Shown: one piece after another, positions 48,874 through 64,000 of the stretch
Layout of the letters: each line of letters opens with the position of its first letter
Position numbering within the stretch: the first letter of the stretch is position 1
Source: Macrostomum lignano
Lineage: Eukaryota
Assembly (NCBI GenBank): GCA_002269645.1
Contig: NIVC01001743.1
Span: 179,012-243,011, forward strand
DNA: 64,000 bases
Direction: 5' to 3'
Notes under the pieces: generated by a model
The model's database searches: none
What the model was told of the DNA's origin: nothing
Seen by the model: the letters and a program-made list of their open reading frames with translations, nothing else
Program-made: the position numbers and the translations under genes

Positions 48874-51800
48874 GTGGCGTCGCAAGCTTTTGGATTTAGT
48901 CAACTTGCGAGATATGTCGAAGTCACCAGAAAAGTACCTGGTAAGACACCAGTGAAGTCTCCAGTGAAGATGCCAGCAATAGCTCCGAGCATGCTCTCAC
49001 AGGATGCGACTTTGTCGAACCAAAGCAGCCGTCCAACGTCGGGAATGGCCGAAATAGAGCGATTGGACGAGAACTCTAGCCTGGAGCGATGGATGGATCG
49101 CTTCGAGATCGCGTCGAAGTTCTTCAACTGGAGCGCGACCGACAAGGCTCAGGTGCTGCTTTTGAGACTCGCACCGCAGCTGTTTGAAAAACTGGCGGAC
49201 TATCTGGCGCCCAAAAAGCCTGGAGATAAGATATTCGACGAGCTGAAAACAGCGCTGGAGGTAATAATGCTGCCCAAAACGTACGTCCTTGCCGAAAGAT
49301 TCAATTTTCAAAGTATAAGACGTGAACCAAACGAAACAGTGCGAGTGTTCTCCGAGCGATTGATTGATCAAAGCGGCAGAAAAGTGTGAGTTTCAAAACA
49401 AGGACGAAAGACTGCGTGATCAGTTCATTTGCGGCCTAAACAACCAAGGCATTATTGGGAAGCTTATCGTCAAAGATCACAAGAAGCTCAGTTTTAAGGA
49501 CGCAGCTAGCGAAGCAGAAGCGCATGCAAGTCTGTTGGATACTCCTATTATGAAGAGTGCACCAAAAACTGATGCTGGGTCCATCTTAAAGGTCGATTTA
49601 TCGAAGCCTAGAACCGTCGAAAAGAAGAGCAATCAGACTCACGGAAAGGGTCTAGAGAAGGCGTGTCAAAAGTGTGGACGCGCACATGCCAGGATGCAGT
49701 GCCCAGCGTTTGGGAAAAGTTGCAATAAGTGCGGTAAGCCTAATCATTTTGCGAAGGTCTGCAGAAATGGTGAGAGTAAAAGCAGGACATCAGGCGGAAA
49801 TTCTGTACAACATGTAGCTGGGAGTGGAAACATTTTCGCGGCGGAAGCTCGAAGGTGTTGTCAGCGACAGCAGCCTCGAGAGCCGATTGCTATCACGGTG
49901 AAGATTCTCGAAGCAAACAGAGGGCATCCCATCCGTTGCGAGCTCGATACGGGAGCTGGAGTGTCGATCTTGTCAGAAGCCTTGTGGAACCAACTTGGTC
50001 GCCCAACTCTAAGACCTTCGGACGTAAAGCTGGGAGGCTATGCGAGTGACCATACGTTTCAGGTATTGGGAAGGTATGAAGCGACTGTCGATATCGAAGG
50101 CGAATTTCGGACAATCAATTTTAAAAGTTGTGAAAGGGAACAAGAGCTACGCTCTTCTTGGAAGGGACGTGCTTTGTGTCCATCTGGAATCAAGTCAGGC
50201 TGTGGGAGAGGCGGCACCTTGTGCATCTATGAAAGCGCATCTAGAGTTAAAGGCGGGCGCGACACCGAAGCACATAAAGGCAAGGCCGTTGCCTTTTGCC
50301 CAACGTGAAGCTGTTCAGAGAGAGATAGATCGATTGCTCCAGGAGGGAATCATAGAGCCTGTACGTTTCGCAGAGTGGGCATCGCCTATTGTGGTCGTGC
50401 CGAAACAACGTGGAGGAATTCGGCTCTGCGTGGATTACAAAAGGACTCTAAACCCGCAATTGGTACCTGACAGCTACCCGATGCCGACTCCGGAGGAGGC
50501 GTTTTCAGTAGTATCTGGCTGCAAGCGATACACGCTGCTCGATTTGGAGAAAGCCTACAATCAAATCGAGCTGGATGCCGGATCAAAGCCGCTAACAGTG
50601 ATGTCAACACCATTTGGGAATTACCAATATAACAGACTAGTGTTCGGGATAAAAACGGCGCCGTCCATTTTCCAAAGATATATCTCAGAAGTAATTCAGG
50701 GAATTAATGGATCTATAGCCTACATAGATGATGTGTTGATCGGTGGAAAGGATGAGGACGAGCTGTTGTCAAGAGAGGAAGAGGTTCTGCAGCGGCTGGA
50801 AGCAGAGGGACTGCGTGTAAATAAGGAGAAGTGCCAGCGGAATCAAAGCAGGATTCGGTTTTTGGGCCACATACTCGACAACGGCAACATTTACCCAGAT
50901 GAAGAAAAAGTTCGTGCAATTAAAGACATGGAAGCGCCTAAAAACCTGGCTGAGCTAGAATCATTCCTGGGCTTAGTGGCATTTTGCTCGCGGTTCATTC
51001 AGAATTTAGGTGACCTGACTGCTCCGCTGATGCAGCTGAAGCAAAAAAATGTACCCTTCGAGTGGGGACCGAAACAGAGCAAGGCGCTGGAAAACCTCAA
51101 AGCTTCAATATCTAGAGATGCGCAGCTAACGGCCTATGATCCAGATCGGCCTGTGGAGCTCGAGGTCGATGCTTCGCAGAAGGCCCTGGGGGGAATTCTG
51201 AGCCAGGAGGGTCGTCCAGTGCTCTACATCAGCAAAATATTGTCGAAGGCTGAGCGAAACTACTCGCAGATAGAACGTGAGGCGTTGGCCATAGTTTGGG
51301 GTGTCCGCAGATGCCATCGATTCTTGTGTGGCAGGAAGTTTACGCTGGTTACCGACCACAAACCGCTGGTTTACATATTTGCCGTGGACAGCGAGCTACC
51401 TGCTCGTGTTTCAGCGAGATTGCAGCGTTGGTCGATTTTGCTTACGGCGTATGACTACGAAATCAAATATCGAAACACCAAGGCGATGTCATCAGATGCG
51501 TTGTCCAGACTAGTATCGCAGCATAAGAGTGAAGCAACTTTGGAGATTGGAAATGTAAATGCTTTCTGCACGCTGTTGCCAACTGAAGAGATTGTAAAAG
51601 CAACTCGAGAATGCAACGAGATGCAGCGCTTGTTGAGTGCTATCAGATCAGGAAGTTTCAAGTCACCGAAGCTACGAGCCTTCAAGCCGGTCCGAGATGA
51701 GCTCACAGTACAAGACGGTCTAATTCTTCGAGGTCATAGAGTAGTGATACCTCGATCACTGCGTTGTAAGACGATCGGAGTGGTTCACCAAGCACACCTG

Positions 51801-52751
51801 GGAATAGTCAAATCTCTGGCAAGAACTGAGTTCTGGTGGCCAGCGATGGACAAAGACTTGGAGAAAACCATTAGCAAGTGCCGGGTATGCCGATCAGCCA
51901 AACCACAAAATAGAGATTTTCGGACGCCCTGGCCGCAGGCTGCTGGGCCATGGCAGCGAGTTCATGCAGATTTTGCAGGACCAATTCAGAAACAGTACAT
52001 CTTGGTGCTGGTAGACGCATACACTGGTTACCCAGAGATTTACATCGTTAATGACATGAAGTCGACCACAGTAATAGAGCGTCTCCGTCGAACGTTTTCC
52101 CAGTTCGGAGTACCACAAACTTTGGTTACCGACAACGGGCCGAACTTTATGAGTTCTGAATTGAACCAGTGGCTCACGGAAATCGACTGCAAGCATCTTA
52201 CTACGCCAGCGTATCATCCGCAAAGCAACGGTGCGGCTGAACGGCTGGTAAGAACTGTGAAGGAGACAATAGAAGCAAACGGGTTCAGTCAGAAGACGAT
52301 TGACCGTTTTCTTTTGTTTTATCGAGCGTCGGCTGGCAGAAACGGTGTTTCACCTGCAGAGCAAATGTTTGCGAGAAGGATTCGGGTGCCGTTCACTGCT
52401 AGGCAGGTCGGTCTCGAGGAGCAGGTGATTTACAAGAACTTCCAAGATGCTGCGGTTCCGGCAAGAATTGTGCTACCGCTAGGAAGGAGCATGGCGCTCA
52501 TCAAGACTGAGGAACAGAAGCCAGTCTACCGGAGGGCTCATCTGGATCAACTGAGGCCATACACTGACTCTGATCAACAGCCTGGAGGGCAAACGGATCA
52601 GACGGCAGAGCAGTCCGATTTCGACCAGCTGCCCAAGTCCGGGGAAGAGGGAGAGCCAGAGGACAAAGAGCATCTCCCACCGGAGGATCAAGGCCAGCCA
52701 CGGCGCAGCTACCGACTGGCGCTAAAGCCACGAGTTGACTATAGATGCTGA
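48874..52751 (+). pseudogene. gag-pol with two frameshifts
   Basis: Gag (AERFNF..., LRDQFICGL), Zn knuckle CNKCGKPNHFAKVC, protease LDTGAGVS, RT YIDD, RNase H DAS/YSQIEREALA/TDHKPL, integrase H-H-C-C and D-D-E (HADF, TDNG, AERLV). Frameshifts near 49360 (4-bp ATTG duplication) and 50120 (TTTTAAAA run). Confidence 0.9.
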
Positions 52752-52806
52752 TGTTGGCTTGCATTGTCTATTCACTAACTTGCGCTACCCATTGTAAGGG
52801 GGAAGG

Positions 52807-53017
52807 TGCTGTGTGTGGGCTCAGGGCCATAGACACCTGGGAACCACCACAGTAAGTTTATTTTATAAAGTAGAGCAGAGCAAGAATTTAAAGAAAGCCA
52901 AGAGGCCTAGAAGACGCTAGGCGTGAGCGCTCTGAAATATATGAGCTATGAGTACAAAACTCTCGCAATCGTCTGACAACAACCGAATGACTCCGTCTCC
53001 TTAGTGCATACATAACA
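52807..53017 (+). repeat. 3' LTR (211 bp)
   Basis: Follows the PPT; TATAAA at 52864-52869; extra CTATGAG relative to the 5' LTR. Confidence 0.95.
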
Positions 53018-53492
53018 GTTAATAAAACTTTAACGATCCATTTATAACTAGCTGTCCAAGTAATTACCTGAGCGCAACCCAGGCACGCAGGTAATTACGA
53101 TAGGTATCTATCTGTCAACAAATTAACCAATTTATTACCCAACTAGTACTAAAACATAAATGAATAGAAGTGACTGAATTATCATAGCACTACTTCTAGT
53201 CGATCTTTTAGCACTAATGAATTTTGCTACCCATGAAAATGTATAGCTTTAACAAGCTCCAATTATTGTAAATTTTAGAAGTAGCATTTTTCTTGTTGAA
53301 TCTGCGACCATTGCGATGAAATCAGCTGATGTGACAGACCTGCAGAGTTGGGTGCGCAGCTAGCTAAATTGTAAACGATTCTGGCTTAAGCGAAGCAGAT
53401 AAAGTCTAACTATGCATTCTATAAAAATATATGCTGCATACTGTCAAATATCAATTTGCATCTGAAAAATTATTTCACAGTCCTACGACGAC

Positions 53493-63334
<9,842 letters not shown>

Positions 63335-63469
63335 GTGAGGGTGAACTACTTTACCTAAGCTCTGAGGTTCAGTACACCTAGACCTAACAATTCTTTGGTC
63401 AGTTTATAGTTCTGCGTCTTGATGTAAACGTTGTCCTATGCCGTTCTCCGGATGTAGATTTCATTTTAG

Positions 63470-63945
63470 ACCAGTCTCCTGATGTGGATGTCCTTCTAGA
63501 CCAGTCTCCTGATGTGGATGTCTTCTAGACCAGTCTCCTGATGTGGATGTCCTTCTAGACCAGTCTCCTGATGTGGAAGTCCTTCTAGACCCGTCTCGTG
63601 ATTCAGAAGTCCTTCTAGACCCGTCTCGTGATTCAGAAGTCCTTCTAGACCAGTCTCGTGATGTAGAAGTCCTTCTAGACCCGTCTCGTGATTCAGAAGT
63701 CCTTCTAGACCCGTCTCGTGATTCAGAAGTCCTTCTAGACCAGTCTCCTGATGTAGAAGTCCTTCTAGACCCGTCTCGTGATTCAGAAGTCCTTCTAGAC
63801 CCGTCTCGTGATTCAGAAGTCCTTCTAGACCCGTCTCGTGATTCAGAAGTCCTTCTAGACCAGTCTCCTGATGTAGAATCCTTCTAGACCCGTCTCGTGA
63901 TTCAGAAGTCCTTCTAGACCAGTCTCCTGATGTAGAAGTTTCTCT
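63470..63945. repeat. 30-bp minisatellite TCCTTCTAGACCCGTCTCGTGATTCAGAAG (intronic)
   Basis: Direct. Confidence 0.95.
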
Positions 63946-64000
63946 TGGCCAGTCTGCGGACAACTATACTTCAAGCAATATACAACGAACATTTCGCAGA

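Larger units (their letters stand above)
48670..53017 (+). mobile_element. full-length Ty3/Gypsy (Mag-like) LTR retrotransposon
   Basis: LTRs 48670-48873 and 52807-53017 (TG...CA; differ by 2 substitutions and one 7-bp indel). PBS-like TGGCGTCGC at 48875; PPT AAGGGGGAAGG before 52807; gag-PR-RT-RH-IN order. No TSD. Confidence 0.95.

Noticed and set aside
50100-50130. Programmed ribosomal frameshift between gag-PR and pol
   Set aside because: The shift is +1, lies inside the protease after the DTG motif, and is not an in-frame X-XXY-YYZ site; a mutation or homopolymer error is more likely.

Overview
Repeat-rich eukaryotic (metazoan) genomic DNA, not prokaryotic; there is no CRISPR array, rRNA or true tRNA gene. 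GC-rich Q/P/A-rich exons, long (GACA)n/(TATC)n tracts and minisatellite-filled introns suggest a Macrostomum-type flatworm (inference only). About one third of the window (about 21 kb, summed by hand) is tandem repeat, and most long ORFs in the supplied track are repeat artefacts. By following GT-AG sites and intron phases I built eight gene models: (1) a partial low-complexity C-terminal exon; (2) a secreted C-type lectin; (3) an espin/forked-like WH2 actin-bundling protein; (4) a 165-aa single-pass membrane protein absent from the ORF track; (5) an unknown minus-strand gene at 30.6-31.5 kb; (6) an LDB/Chip LIM-domain-binding protein; (7) a 304-aa unknown minus-strand protein; (8) a secreted protein with at least 8 tandem WSC domains that runs off the right end. 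Mobile elements: a young Gypsy (Mag-like) LTR retrotransposon, two hAT MITEs with perfect 8-bp TSDs, two copies of a tRNA-derived SINE, LINE remnants and Helitron-like termini. The most interesting signals are: the poly-WSC gene; the hidden membrane protein carrying a YLNM motif; an exon bracketed by complementary microsatellites; two minisatellites that amplify a splice donor; and a family of GGCGCC-core (E2F-like) minisatellites.
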